Shown: positions 1 through 24,150 of the stretch, piece after piece
Numbering within the stretch: position 1 is the stretch's first letter
Layout: each line of letters begins with the position of its first letter
Source: Catajapyx aquilonaris
Lineage: Eukaryota
Assembly (NCBI GenBank): GCA_000934665.2
Contig: KZ538111.1
Span: 62,001 to 123,954 of the forward strand
Length of the DNA stretch: 61,954 nucleotides
Reading direction: 5' to 3'
Translations under genes and position numbers: made by a program
The notes under the pieces: model-generated
Seen by the model: the letters and a program-made list of their open reading frames with translations, nothing else
Databases searched by the model: none
What the model was told of the DNA's origin: nothing

Positions 1-2178
1 GTATGACACGGCCCGGTATTAGCTAGGTGCGAATGGATATTTTGGGGGGTTTTATCGCGAATAAAACCCGTTCCTGTTGCTTATCTAGATGTATGTGGGC
101 ACGATGTACCTACATGAAGTGCGTATGTGAAGCACGTCATTTTTAATAGGTAACTGTGGGAGGTACCATTAATGACAGTAATGAATGCGTACAGATAGTA
201 ATTGGTGTGATGGAAATAGTACTATTGGAGTAAAATGCGCTACTCGACCTAGCATGCTAGGGCCTGAAGGCAAAAGGCACAAATTGGCCCAATGCTGTGT
301 GCAATTGATTTTTGCACAGTAATTCGCAATTGTATGGGTGTCGATTCTTTAAAGTTATTCACAAATATGAACTTAGCAAAACCCGTGTCGACACATCTAG
401 CACTGTCGCATTAAAATGTTAGAAACCTAAATCCGTATTTATAATTTTGCCAGTATTTGCGTGTGGCTTAACACAATTTTAGCAAAACCAGGGCATGTAT
501 TAAAAGACCAGCCCTAGGGCTTGCTTTCTCCATTTTTAAAGCCCAGCGCTTGCAAAATAAATACATGGCACACTGCACTTTTCCCCGACCTTTACTCTCA
601 GCACGCAAACATGAAACCTGGTCATAAGGACAGTTGGCAACCGGGTAATTGTGATTGGTGGCATACACGAGTAGGTGGAGCCTAATAGTGTGACGGAGCT
701 GGTATATCAAAAGGTGGTTCTCGTGCCAAGAAGTCATGAAGACGAGGTCACCCCCTTCTAGATCCAACCTGGCACCAATCGCCCTTATTGAACCCTGACG
801 TATATTTCTGCTCCGGAAAAAAAAACTGAAGTGCACTTTGCCATGTAATTACATGGTAACAATACCCCTCGTTTTAAGGAGTCATTTTAAGAGACGTCTA
901 AGAGAGTGCAGACGGGACTGGGAGCCAGACATGTATAGTAAATTTTTTACAGGGTTTGTCAGAGCTCCGGAAGAAAAAAAAAAGTCAATGGAAACCAGAT
1001 TAGTCTGGAGTGAGCTGGTTTCAATGGGATTTTCCGTTTTCGGGCTCCTTTTCCGTAATGAAATCGTGCACTTGTGCCGTTTTAATGAAGTATTTTGAAG
1101 TTTCTTCCCGGTGCTCCAGGGAACTGCGTCTTAAAGCGGATTAATTAGACGATCAAGTTGTTGATCTTACTGGAACCCAAGTGGGAGGTGGGGACATACT
1201 TTATGAAAAAAAATAGCGTAACTTGCCAGTGGCCAATTACTAGCCGGATGCACATAAAAAGATAAATATATTTTCAATGGAAAGGTTCCATTTGAGTGGC
1301 GGTTTCATGGAATTAAATTTAGCTCGTACTCTTGGCATGAGCCGAAATGAGCCCGTCAAGGTGGGGGTTTCATATATATATTTTTTTTTACTCACCATTA
1401 TTTTGTGGGTGATGGGTTAACATCTGCATGCAGCAGGAGGGGGATTAAAATTCTGTCACGACCTTCCAGTGTCACATAATTTATGCTCACATGGCTGAAA
1501 TCATATGTTTGAGCAAGATTTTTTTTTTTTGCAATTTTTTTGGTAAAATTTCTTTTTTTTTTGGTGGGGGGCGGTGTGACTGGCGTGACATTAGGATTAG
1601 TCTGGCAAAGTGCAGGACCTGGCGAAGTTCCATTTCGGCGGGGGCCGTCACTCTTCACTAACAGCTCGCTAATCGTTACAGAAACTCCGGAGTGGGTTGT
1701 GGAGAGGTGCGGGGCTTGGGTGTTGAAACTTGACGCAGGGCACCTGTTCTGTGTTTTTGGCTCTGTTTCTCTCAACTCCACGGGGAGTCCACCTAGCTTG
1801 GGGGTGAGGTTTCACAGGGGATGCCATAGCATCGCTTGATAAATCTAGCCTATTTGGTTTGGGATGGCGGCAGATGGGCAGTGTCGTGTTTCCCCTCTGA
1901 TGGGGCATGTGTTGTTTGTTCTAAGTTTTGGACAGTTTGGGGACACTGGTCGGTTGTAATTAAATAAGTCTGGTTCTTTCGGACTGTCCGGTTTCATTAC
2001 ACACGGCGTGTGTTTGTATAGAAAGATTATGCAGGATCATTGGATTTGCAATAACAATGGTTTTTTGTTGTTGTTCGAAGCGGATAGAATAAACAAGATA
2101 AACTCGGGGATGATCCGGCAAAATATGTTTTGATTCATTATCTGTGAGTTATATTTGTGGCTGATTTCATGTGACGTA

Positions 2179-2729
2179 CAGTGCTGGACATTATTTCCGT
2201 CACACTGCTAGCGACATTTTCCGATGCGGCAGACGTGCAAATCGAATCATTGCGAGTAAGAAATGGTAGCTCTTGGGTGACATCACTACCCTTTGGACAC
2301 TCTCACTTACCGCCTGCCGGGGCGTTTTGCATGATGTGCTCATATCACCTGAGAGCGCCATGAGACCTTTCATTGTGCTATTATGTCGCGACCCTACCGG
2401 ACTACGCCGAAATTTATAGGTACAAAAGGGAAGCGCTACATGCGGGCCCAACATGGCCGCCGGCGACCATGTTGGGTCCCCCAATGTAGCGCTTCCCTTT
2501 TGTACCTATGAAGTTCAGCGTAGTCCGGTAGGGTCGCCACATAATTGCTCCGTGAAAAGCCTCATGGCGCTCTCAGGTGAGCACCTCATGCAAAACGCCC
2601 CGGCAGGCGATAAGATAAGATTAGAGGGGTAGTGTCCAGGGGCTGGCTCACACTCTATCACTTCGATGTGCACTTCTGCCGCATCGGAATATGTCGCTAG
2701 CAGTATGACGCGATTAATGTCCAACACTG
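2179..2729. mobile_element. Tc1-type foldback MITE (551 bp, palindromic along almost its full length)
   Basis: TA|CAGTGCTGGACATTA ... TAATGTCCAACACTG|TA; arms pair inward to a centre near 2458. Confidence 0.85.
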
Positions 2730-3527
2730 TACGGCATGTCTCGATTTCCAGTGGAGCAAAGTAGGTGGCGCAAATTGAGATAACAAGCTAGGTCATAGCT
2801 CATTCCAGAAAATACAACTACGATGCCAGGAATAGACACGAAACGAATCAGGAGTCCCTCCAGGACGTATCCGTACCGGGGGTAATTTAATTGAACGCGG
2901 ACAAAGTACACCGACGAGACCCGTCGCTTTGAGATATCCATCCACTTCACAGCACCCAAGCCGAGGCTTTTCATCTTGGATCCCCCTCCGTCTTGAATAA
3001 TTCTCACTGACCTGTTCCAACCACGTCTTCCTACGTCCTCAGCATCCTCTTCATAGGCTCAAAGGCTGGTTCTTGTATACTCAAACCCACTCGTCACACT
3101 TCTCACTTGACCCTTGAAGGTTGCAATTGAGCTGCATCTGAGACGGGTTTCATCGGGTTACAGGACCTTGGACTGGGTTGATCCAGCTTTACAATGTCTC
3201 ACAAGTATTGGTTGCAACGGGGAAAGGACCGGAATGTGACATTTTCTAGAAGTGTCTAGGACAGTTGAAACTTCAGGGTCTCTGGTTAGCCTTTCGCCAA
3301 TATGTCCCAAGGTGAAGCAATCGGGTTTTACACAACTTGGGGTTTGTAGCAGTCATACCTATACATCTAGAGCTCGAATTACACTCCCGTGAGTATCCAG
3401 GGAGACGGTGGCGTTATCTTATCTCAAGCCACCGGAACTACTTCTGCAGGTGATTAATAGCGCTATATATTGTGTGATTACGTGACGCGACTGTTGTTAA
3501 AGCAAGCTTCAAATCTAGGGCTTTGTA

Positions 3528-3797
3528 CAGTGCTGGAGATTAATTCCGTCATACTGCTAGCGACATCTTTCGATGCGGCAGACGTGCAAATCGAAGTGAT
3601 AGAGTAAGAAGAGGTAGGCCTTGTGTGACGTCACCGGCTGGGGGGGGCAATGGAGGAAAGGCTTGTCCCCAGCCAGTGACGTAACCCAAGGGCTACCATT
3701 TCTTACTCGCACGGCTCGCACCCTATCACTTCGATTTGCACGCTTGCCGCGCCGGAAAATGTCGCAAGCCGTATGACGCGATTAATGTCCAACACTG
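3528..3797. mobile_element. Second, shorter copy of the same MITE family
   Basis: TA|CAGTGCTGGAGATTAA ... TTAATGTCCAACACTG|TA; arms match those of 2179-2729. Confidence 0.85.
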
Positions 3798-3872
3798 TAC
3801 ATTACATATAGGAGGGTTACACTGTTTGTTTCTCACATGATCTGATCATATTTACAATTTGTGTGTTTCTAG

Positions 3873-13436
<9,564 letters not shown>

Positions 13437-16400
13437 TCTCCCCAAACCTGACCTGATGTACCTCCCCCCAATTCCTCCAATTCCTCCAATTCCTCCACAT
13501 CCCTCTCTTCCTCCTCCTGATGACACCCCCAGTTGAATCCTCTCGGTTTGGCCGTACGTCCGGTTCTCCCACTACTACTGCCACCTTCTCGGGCGGTACT
13601 GTCGAGCAGCCATTTTGTTTTTTGAAATAAGTGACGCCATTTTGAAAGCAGTGACGCGAAGGAGGAGTAAGAGTGGGACATGTGCTGGACTCATATTTGT
13701 CGACACCACTTGATATATTTATTCATTTCTTTATGTGTCTGTAGCTGAACATACTTAAGTCAGGGTGGAGGCCCGGGACTTAACCACTCGTTTCCCTCTC
13801 CCAGACAAGAGAAGAGAAAGAAAAGAGAGAAAAAAAATGAGAAAGTAATATGGAAACGGGACTTAAGAGAGGCTTAGTGATGGGAAGCCATTTTGTGGGG
13901 CCCCAAGTCGTTTCGTAAGCTCAGAGTGTTGTTGAGCTATTGATCTCAAAAGGGGGGTCACGGGGAGAGGTTTGAGAAAGTATTTATGTACTTATTTATT
14001 TAACTTATTCATCCATCCAATCCCTGTTGCAAGGACATTTGTACTTAAACAAAACAAGCCAAAGGAGCAAAGTGACCCCCCTTGACCTTCCCCTCTCCAG
14101 GCCCGGCCTCCGAACCTCCACCCGTTTCTTTGACTCTAAGTTTAAGGTATTAAGCTAGTCAGTTGTGTATTTACACCGAAATTAGTGCAAGTCTCAAAAA
14201 CGGGGATTTATGTACACAAGAAGAAGGTTATTATAATATTATAAATGTTAATATGGATATGACACCCCATCATGGCGCTGCTACTACCACCAATCACCGT
14301 GAGTAGTAGTAGTGATAGTAGCGACTGGACTATCTCTCGGACCTCATCACATTTGACACGGGGGTTGAGTATTATGAGAAAAATTTAGCAGGGAAGCAGA
14401 ACATGGCGGCAACCCGCGACTTTGCGTTTTGACTGCCGCCATTTCAATCATATTCATAACTGACGCATTGTAGGTGAGAAAGGACTGTGTGGCCAGTTTG
14501 GAGAAAGTGACATGTAATCCCCCCACCTCACCCCCCCCCNTACCCCCCCCCCCCCCACCGAAAAATAACCGTGTTCCTTACAATATGGAAAATAGGTTGG
14601 TTATATCCTAATTCCCCCCCTTGAAAAATCCGTTTTGGCTGCTTGTGGTACAGAGTGTGTGTGTGTGAATGAGAAATGAAAAAAAAAAATCATTATATCT
14701 TTATATACACATAGTATATATAGGAGACGTACGGGGATCTATACCAAAAAAAATATACTGAATAACACAGCTAGTCAACCGAGCTAGTCGAACGGGGGTG
14801 AACACTTTTTTGTCCCTGTTCCCAGCCAACCGTCCCACCCAACATCCTTGTGACGTCACGATCCAGTCCTGTGAGGTACATATCAAATTATTGCAATTAG
14901 TATCCAATACTATTCAAAAGAGAACGTGGCCAAATTTATTATCAGTGTGACGTCACAAGCGGACTCCTCCCCAACACGTTTCAGTTTGGTTATTTTTGTG
15001 TTCTTACTATGATTATAATTATTAGAGAGTTAAGTTCAGTACTTAATGTTACTGTGGGTCCACTTTTTTCGCCGCTTTATTTTGGAGCAATTTCCTTTAG
15101 TTAGAGTATCCCTACTTGTGTTTCTTTGGGACCACCGAATCAAATTCGGGGGCTCATACGTTTAGTGATTTGGTTTTTTCTTTTATGATTTAAAAAAAAA
15201 AAATGCCCAGCTGAAAAATATGTGTGAAAATACCCTGGGCATAACCTATTTGGTTTTGTTTCTCCCTGTTACAAAAGTTATATTAAAAACCTGAGTTGTG
15301 GACCTCCAATTCCAACCTTTTTGTTTGATTTATTCGTTTATCCTGTCCTTTATTAATGGTTTGTCCCTATATTTGGTGGTTTTACCCGATTCTTTGATGG
15401 TTTTACCTACCTTTCATGATGTTGTTTTTTTCACTCCCTACCTACCCTTGTTGGGGGGAGACAAAAGATATACTCGAGCCCCATGTATTTATTTCCCCCC
15501 AAAAATGGGGCCTGAAACTTGCAAAAAAGTACATGCGTGAATGATGCAGACGGTTCATGTCTGTAATGAGTGCATGTCGTATGTGAGTGTTTGGAAATGA
15601 CGCGCGTCGCCATTTGGCATTCCAGTCCCGCCACAACAACGCAGTTTATTATTTATATTCACGGTAATGGAGATTATTGACAAACACACATCTGATGTAT
15701 TTATTTATCACTCTCAAACGGATGTTGCTTATGTGTAGGGACACCCGACTCATTCCCGTCATATGTGTGATGCATAAGTTGTCCTCCCCCCAACCCACCC
15801 TGAAATGTCCTGGTATAAGTATTAACCTTCCCGATTTTCCCCCCCAGATTTTAAATGCCGTAATTATCGTACGTGTTTTAGATTTTTTCATACCCATTCC
15901 CCCCCCACAATCCACTTGCGTTCGTTGATCGTAGCCATTTTTCCTCACGCTTTTATCTTCCTTCTTAACCACTTTTCCAACTATCTATCTATTTACGTAA
16001 CTTCTAAGTGTGTGTAGGTCTGTCGCTATGTTTGTTTTGAGCGCCACGAGCAAGTTTTTATGTAGTTGAAGTAATACCAAAATCCCAGTTTTTAAACCAA
16101 AAAAAAAAAGATATAATAATGAAAGTTGTAGTTGGGGAAGCCCCGCAGTCTTTAGTACATATATAGAGATAAATATATGTATAAAACAAGAACCAAGCCA
16201 CCCTCTTCCGTGTAATATTCATTAATATTATTGTTGTTTCAGATCGTGATTGTGGTTGGCTTCCCCAACGTACTCTCCCTTTGATCCTGTTTCCAACATT
16301 ATTCCACCCCTCCTGTACCCTCAACCCATCTTCATCCCCAGCACCTTTTCCTCCCCCCTCCCCCCCAAATCGCAATTACATTGCTTGGTGTAATTAATTA

Positions 16401-19400
16401 ATTCACTTGGTTGCCGCTGTGTTGGTTCTTGTGGCTGCAAAACACACAGACACACATTCACACAGCCCACATATATACACACAGACACACGTACACATGG
16501 AATAATGTAAACTTGGCAACGCCGACTTGTACGCGTAAGTTGTAATAATAATAATGATGATAATATATTTTTAAAATAGACTTCCTCCGAGGAGGCCGAA
16601 GAAAAATATACAAATGCAACTTGAGTGCAATGAATTTTGAGATATAAAAAAAACGGGGACGCGCGAAGTTTTTGAAAAACAGAAATAATAATGATAATAA
16701 AGAAAGTCAAAGCTGCCGAAATTACGAGAAAAAAGTGAAGAGTACTTAATATTGCTACTAATACTATTACTACTACTGCTATAATAATAATAATAATACT
16801 GAGTTAAGCCACAACTTCCATGAAGATAAATAAGAGTTAATGAAAAGAGAGGGAAAAAGCTCTATTTTTGTAAGGACAAAGCAGAAACGAAGCTAACAAA
16901 ATGCTCTCAGAGTCATCATTTTTTTCAAATGATGCGATTGTGACGCAGGGGCGCTCCAAGACATGGAGGATTCGTCCAATTTTTCCAGCCCCCTCCACCT
17001 CCTCCCTTCACCCTCCCCCCCCTAAGAAAAAACCCCCCCACCCCACCCCCTCTAAAGAAAAATGTCCAAATAAAATCCCGAATTTTTTTCTAACAAAAAA
17101 AAATTCTTCCCAACCAAAAGACTCGAAATCTAACCCTTTAAAAAACTGCCCAGGCCAACCTAAGATACAAGGAAAGTGGCGGAACTGACTCTGTGGGCTT
17201 TAAAATAGTAGTGGATACAGTAATTATTAATAGTTACTTTTAACATTCGTGGTATTTACAAAAAAAAAAGGAAGAAACCGGTAATTTCGTCGGTCCGGAT
17301 TTGTGAAACTGGCCAGTAGTTGTCATGATAATTCGCTTATCCCGTTCTCTCAGCTTGGACGGTTGATCTGCGCCCTGTTCTGTCCAATGGCGATCGAGCC
17401 TTGGCGCCTGCGCTGTCACACTGATTGGCGCTGACCTAACCCTTGCCAAGAAAATGGGATTCTGAACCATTTTATAGCCTGACATCCCCCTAAAAAATGA
17501 ATGTTCAGTCACGATTTTAAAAAATAAACACACACATCATGAAGTGTTACGCACAATACGGGTCGTACCCCTTACCGGATTTTTTGCCCACTTTTTTGGG
17601 GCAGAATTTTTTGGAACAGTTGCGAACTTCATTGTCCGCCATTCCTTCCTTTCGTAGGTTGGTTCCTATATGAAACCTAAGAAAAAAAAAAGCAATCCCA
17701 AAGCAATTTTTTTTTGTCAGCTGCGAAAGATAGTGAGATAGGGAGTGTGAATGTGTGGGAGTGAGAGAGAGCGAGATACCACCCCCCACTCCCCCCCATC
17801 CCCCCTGTTCTTCCAAACTAATCCCGCTCTTATCCTGAGAGTAAAACTCTGATGCAGATTTTCCCAGGGCTAAAAATACACGAAATATTACAAAAAAAAA
17901 AAGACAGAAAAATAATGTGTATAGAAAAAAAAATGTCACTCCCCACCCCCTCCATGGGGATTTTAGTGCTCTACTCACTACTCTGTTACTATTACTATAC
18001 TTAACTATTATTATTATTATCATCATCATATAGTCCTGCGCCGTCAGGTGACACTTGCAATATTATTATTATTATCAGTCGAAACTGTTTGCTTTTTTCG
18101 TGGGATGATATTTGGGGAGGGAAGGGATAGTGCTTTCTTTTCATTCCTGTGGGAGGGGGTTTAGAGGTAGTGTAGGGCTTGAAATAGTTTCTTACTATTT
18201 GTTATTTACTGAGCGTATTTGATTTTTTTGAGGCGGATGCAGCGAATATTTCCTTGTCGACGATGGGGAGAGAAAGGGCCGCAATTTTTCTACCCATAAT
18301 GAGTGAGAAGACGGCATTCCAATTTTGTATCGTGCACAAGTGTGGCATACATTCCATTTTTCGCATTTATATTAAAACTCCGCCAAGTCGAATCGCTCAG
18401 TAAAGAGAGAGAGAAAAAAAAATGTCCATCCTGAGAATGCACATCGAATTTTGCATTAAAATATATAGTACCCCCCCAAAAAAGTAAGGAGCACTCACTG
18501 TACGGGAACTTTTCCCTTATTAATTTCTCGGGAAAAGTTTTCGTCGCAATTTTTTTTTTGGACATGTTCATTTCAAGCCCTGACCACCTGACCTCCGACC
18601 CCCTCTTTTCTCCCTTCCTGCCTCCCCAAATAAAGAATAACCTCCCTATGTGATAGGGCATTCCTTGATTAATTGCGATTTAAATGTTGAATTAAAAACC
18701 ATTGATTGTGGTTGGTGCGTAAGTATTAAGGTCGGCCTCCGAGATTTATTATGTGCAATGTAATATCTGTGGTAAACTCAGATATGACCTACTTCTTATT
18801 AACACTGATGAGTACTTAAATGAATTAATTAATTAATTTCCAAGGCCCGGAAAAGCCTTTCCAACATAACCTACCCCCCACCCCGCCCCCTGTACTGCCA
18901 ATGTATCCCGCCTGAAGAAAAATAATAATAATTGTAGTTAACATTATGACGTCATTGTGTACCTTGAGTGATAACTACGATTTGATCTTTAAGTTTCGCG
19001 GGTTTAAATACGAGCGAGGCGTTTACTAGTCATTCCTCCCAAACCTGTGTGCATTGTCGTCGTCACCTTTCACCCTTGACCCTTCTTTATGTGACCCCAC
19101 CCCCCCTCCCCCAGCCCCCAACTCGAACCTCAGTCTTTACGAATCAACGAACGACCTTTTCACTCCTTTTTAAGGAAAAAAACAAAACATTCCTAGCAAA
19201 GGATCAGTATGGGTGAGTGAGAAATATAAATATATATTATTAATAATTATATGGTTTTTCATATATAATATATAAATATAAATATATATTATAATTGCTC
19301 CCGAGGTTTATTCCCCCCACCTTTCCCTGTTTTCCAAGAAAGCGTGATTGGTGGGGGGAAGAATTGTAACGAGGTACCCGTAGCGCACTATTTGCTAGTG

Positions 19401-22400
19401 TCTTGTGTCGATAACTATTTACAAACAAAAAAAATGGACAAAAAAAATTAGCATTAATTTGTTCTTGTTTTTTCTTCCTATGATGCTGTAGTTTGGTCGT
19501 GTTGGTTCTTCCTCCCTATTCCCTCCCTCCTTCCTCCTCCTGATCCTAAAATCCCTGGAACCAAGGCAATTAGTTCAGGCCTGTTTTTTTTATTTCATTA
19601 TAAATGGATAAAAATTACAAGTCCGGCCTTGTGCCCTCCGCTCGTGTTTTTTTTGTGTTTCCTATACGTCATTTCCGCCCGTGACGTCACCAGCCAATAT
19701 GGCGACCGTTGTTTCCTTGGGACAGCCACGTGTGGATTTTGTTATATACTTTTTTTTCGATAAAAAGGAGTAGACAATTCCCCACCCCCCTAATGTGGAT
19801 GGCAGCCCCCCCCCCCAACCCACCCCACATCCTGACCTTTCACACCTAACCTTCCCCACTAAACCTTATCTTAGAGGAGGAAGAGAGATTTATTCCAAAA
19901 AGAAAAAAATAGTTTTTTGAGAAAAAAAAGCCAAGTTATAAAATGGAGGGAAACAAAAGAAAAAATAACACAAGTGGGTGTCACGTGACGAGCACCGTGC
20001 GGGACTGACACAACAAGGGAATAAAAAACAACATACACACCAAAAAATATAAAAAACGCAAGTGTTTTTGTCTCGCAGGCATTCCATAGATTTTTATATA
20101 GACAAGTTTTAAAGAGGGAAAAGCCTAGAAAAATCTATATATAATTATATATTATAAGATAATAAGGGGTTTTTTGATATCTCGTCTGTACTGTCATTGA
20201 TGCAATAACTCATTACAGTGGTGACGAAAGCTGGGATAAGTGATTCACTAAGGAGGGCTGCAAAGTGCAAATAGGGAAGAATGGAAATCGCAAAGGGATG
20301 GAATAGATGACCGTAGAGGATTTTTTAATCATTCTTTTTTTTTCTTTTTTTTTTGGGAATGGAGTACGTTGCGAGGGACCGGATTGGACGCCCCTGAATG
20401 CGTTGTTTCCAGGAGTGTCCAACCGCCTGGTATCCCTGCCACTTTTGTGCTCTTTTAATGCTCACCAAAGTAACACAAAAAAACAACTTACAAGATAAAG
20501 CGAGAAAAGTTTGAAAAAAAAAGAGAAATATATACTGTCTAACTTTTATCTGTATCATAATTATATTATGTGGTTTAGAGAATCTCATCATTTTTTGAGC
20601 GTCTTTCTTGTCTGTTGGTTGTATACTTGCGCACATTTTTGTCCCCATGAAAAAAAATAATCCCTAACCGCAAAGGGCCATTCTTGTTTCTTGGGAATGA
20701 ACCTTTTTGACAGTCCTCGTAGCCCCCCTTTCCAAAAATCCCCCCAATCTGCATATACCCGAAAAGGATTAAAAAAAAGAAAAACTTAATAATGTTGAGT
20801 CCTGCTGTATAAAAGGAAGTGGTTATGACTGAGAAGTATAATTATATTTGGACATGAACATATAAGTAATAAAAAGGAAAGGGAAAATATTTTCAAACTG
20901 AAAGGGATGTGCAATCTAGTACTTAACGTCCAAAAATATATATATATGGGTATATATTACAGCATCGACAGGTCCAAAAATTCCTCAAACTCTTTGTACA
21001 GTATACGGGTTAAAGACTTGAAGAAGTATAAAAAAAAATACTCAGTGGTATTTTTGGACTCTGCCCACCCTCCCCAACACCCAAAAACAAAAGGCTCATA
21101 ACTTCTACTTAAGTGGTGCTTAGGTGCCATTGTGTGTACTCATTTGTTTTCTACTTATTATTCAAAGCATGCGCAGGAATGGTGGGGGAAAAAAAACCCA
21201 GATGTTTTTTGCTCAAATTTCATTTATGACTAACCCTTTCGAAACTTTTTGAACATGTCTCAAAGCAGGTTTTTACTTTGCACCATTGATTTGTTTCTTT
21301 TTTGAAAGCACTTGGGGTGATTTTTGGGACTTGACAAATCCCGAAATCCTCTGTAATCCCGCATAAACAACCCTTATATTCCCCCCCAATTTGCCTTTTC
21401 GTACGTGATGTTGCATGAAGCGTCTTTTAGTGTCAGTTCACATTTGGGATTCGTTGTAGAGTATTTATTAGGAAAGTGAGAGACAACAAAAAAAAAAGAT
21501 AATTACTCTTGCGGTACGTAGTTTGATTCCCCAATTTCACTGCAGCAGTTAATTATATATTTGCATTAGTCGTCTTAGTTATTCTTTTCTCCCCTCCATC
21601 TATCTATTATCTATTCCTCTCGCTATTCGTATCTGTCTGTCTATGCATCTGAATACCCTCCCTCCCCCTCCTTTTTTAACAGGCGAGGGCGGAGGGGGGG
21701 AGAGAAAGAGAAAAATTATCATTATTAATTATCATAAATAATAATAAAGCTCTGATTGTTAGTGTGGTAGTGTCTTTTCTATCTTAGTTGGATTTTTCTA
21801 TTATAATTCGAGCAGCTGTTGGGTTGGCTTTTTGGTTTCTCCTCTCATGTTGCGTGTTCCCCCCCGAGAGAGAGAGAGAAAAAAAAGTGCATAACACCCC
21901 CCAAAAAAATATTTAAAGGGTGCTGGCAAAATTTGTTGAACACGCTGGATATTTGACAACAATGTGATCCACCGAATTTTTAATTTTTTTAATATTAAAA
22001 AAGCGAACTGGAATGGCCAAAAACAGCCCCTCGACTTGTGTTTTGTCGTCCTATTTTGTGTGTGAAGCGCAATTTTTTCCTGGTCGTCGTGTGTTCGTTT
22101 ACCTTCCCAAAAGTCACCAATTTCCGCCAAAAAAAATATATTCCCCCCCCCCCACCCCCCTTAGACCCCACCCCCCACAATTTTTCCTTCCTATTTTGGT
22201 GTTTGTCTCTTAGGCTTTGTTCTACTTAAAAATCAGAAGAGAGTGAGAGAGAGTGAGAGTGAGAGGGAGAGAGAGAGAGAGTTATAGAGAAAGAGAGAGA
22301 GAAAAAATATAATATACATAAACATGAACAACTGAAGCGATCGGGGCTTATTTTGCACAAAGAGTCCCCTTCCCCAAACTGATACATTACAACCAACTGC

Positions 22401-23430
22401 AAATCCACAATAACCACCAGAATTTTTTTTAGGAAGAGGAAGAGCGAGAAAGAGTTTTAAAAATCTACAAAAAAAAAACGTATAAAAAAAAGAGAGAAAT
22501 GAAAAAAAAGGAATAAAGTTTGACCCCCGGCGCTGGCGGCTGGATAATTATTTTTATGATCACCCATATGCCCAGGTGTGATTGGGAGGTTCTTCTAGGT
22601 TGACCCCCTTGGCCGTGACCTGCCCCTCAACAATGCACAAGTGTGTACAGTACACTGGAAACCCCCCCCCCCCCTTTTCTTCACAAATGTGCTCAAAGTG
22701 TAAACGTGGCCTCGCGAATCAGGGCTACTTTTTAACTTGACCCCTGACCCCCTTGACCTCTCTACTGTTTTTTAATCCTTCCATCAACTATCCTGGGAAT
22801 ATGTTAAGTGGGAGATATAAAGGACTGGTTTGGTAAAAAAAAAAAAAAGAATATATAACAAAGAACCTTGGTGCACCCGCCAGCGCCGCCGGTCGTATTG
22901 TTTTTGCCGGGAAAAAATATATAAAAAATATAAAAAACTCAGTTTGGTTGTATGCGCAATTTGTACTTTTCCATGTTGACGAGCTCTCCACAATAAACCC
23001 ATTTGAAAAAGAGGCTTTTCCGGGGGACCGGCTCTGATTTTTTATTTACTGAGAGGTTTCTACAAAATGGTGCGATTTGTTCTTTTTTTGGTTTTTTTTT
23101 TTAAAAAAAACAACATGAATTGGTGATTGCATAAGGTTAGGAAATTTTTTTGACAAGCCCTTCAGGGCATTACGTACCTTATGAAATCATTATTTTCATT
23201 TATTGGTTTCCTTCCCCGCCGCAATTTTTTTAAAAAAAGAGTATGTACAGTAGTGTGGATTATCCGATTAGTTTGGCAGCACTGACAGTAGGTATATGCT
23301 TCATTTACTAGTAGCTTAAGTTAATTTTCTGTTATGGCCAATTTTCCTATGAGCAGTTAAGATGAAAGAACTGACAATCCCTCTTATGGCTGTTATAAAT
23401 TTTAAAAATATATATATATACTAAAATATA
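13437..23430 (+). other. Probable extended 3' UTR of the ELAV gene (up to about 10 kb)
   Basis: No credible ORF or recognisable transposon between the ELAV stop and the BAP1 promoter. A/U-rich with homopolymer tracts, several AATAAA and repeated miRNA seed matches. The 3' end is approximate. Confidence 0.6.
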
Positions 23431-24150
23431 CAGGAAGTTGTATATCACCTGAGAATATTTATTAGCTCCCTGGCTACAATTAATAAGAAAAGGAAGGCAG
23501 TTGTACACACGAGCCTATATTTTTGTATCCATTTAAAAAAAATAAACGTTTGTGTATAACAGGCCGGACAACCAGGATGCTGCAAACCCCTGCCAAGAAC
23601 TAGTTTTAAGCCCATATCCAGACGACATTGGCTCATTTTTCAAGGTAAAGGTTGCAGACATATATATGACTCCCTTTGAGTACAAACTAGGCCAATGCAT
23701 ACACAATGGTCCAAGACCGTGTCCTATATAGACCGTATCAAGAGAGTACAAATGGTGTCACACTCCCCCGATTTTAACCCCCCCCCCCTACCCAGTACCC
23801 ATCCAATCCCGAAAATTTAACCCCCCTGGGACCGCATTGCGCTTGGAAGTGACGTCACAGCTCCAACTAGTCGATAAGAAGGGGGTGGCTAGTGCAGAGA
23901 TTACACTTGTCCCAATGAAAAGGTCGATCTGGATTCTTGCCCCATTTACTGGGGGTTAAAAGTGAACCCGGGTGGCAGGTAATTAATTAAACCCTACCCC
24001 CCATCGGCCCCATGCACTCTAATCTGGATTTGGCAATCGGCAATGAGGCAATTAATTCGATCGTGGTACTCGCCAGATAAGAAGTTTGGCTTAATTAGTA
24101 GCCTGAAATTAACGGTAAATAACGGTTAAAAAATCCGCCGGTTGGTGGTG

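Noticed and set aside
14701..23002. Many short ORFs downstream of ELAV
   Set aside because: Low-complexity F/K/P-rich translations of homopolymer tracts, with no splice or homology support.
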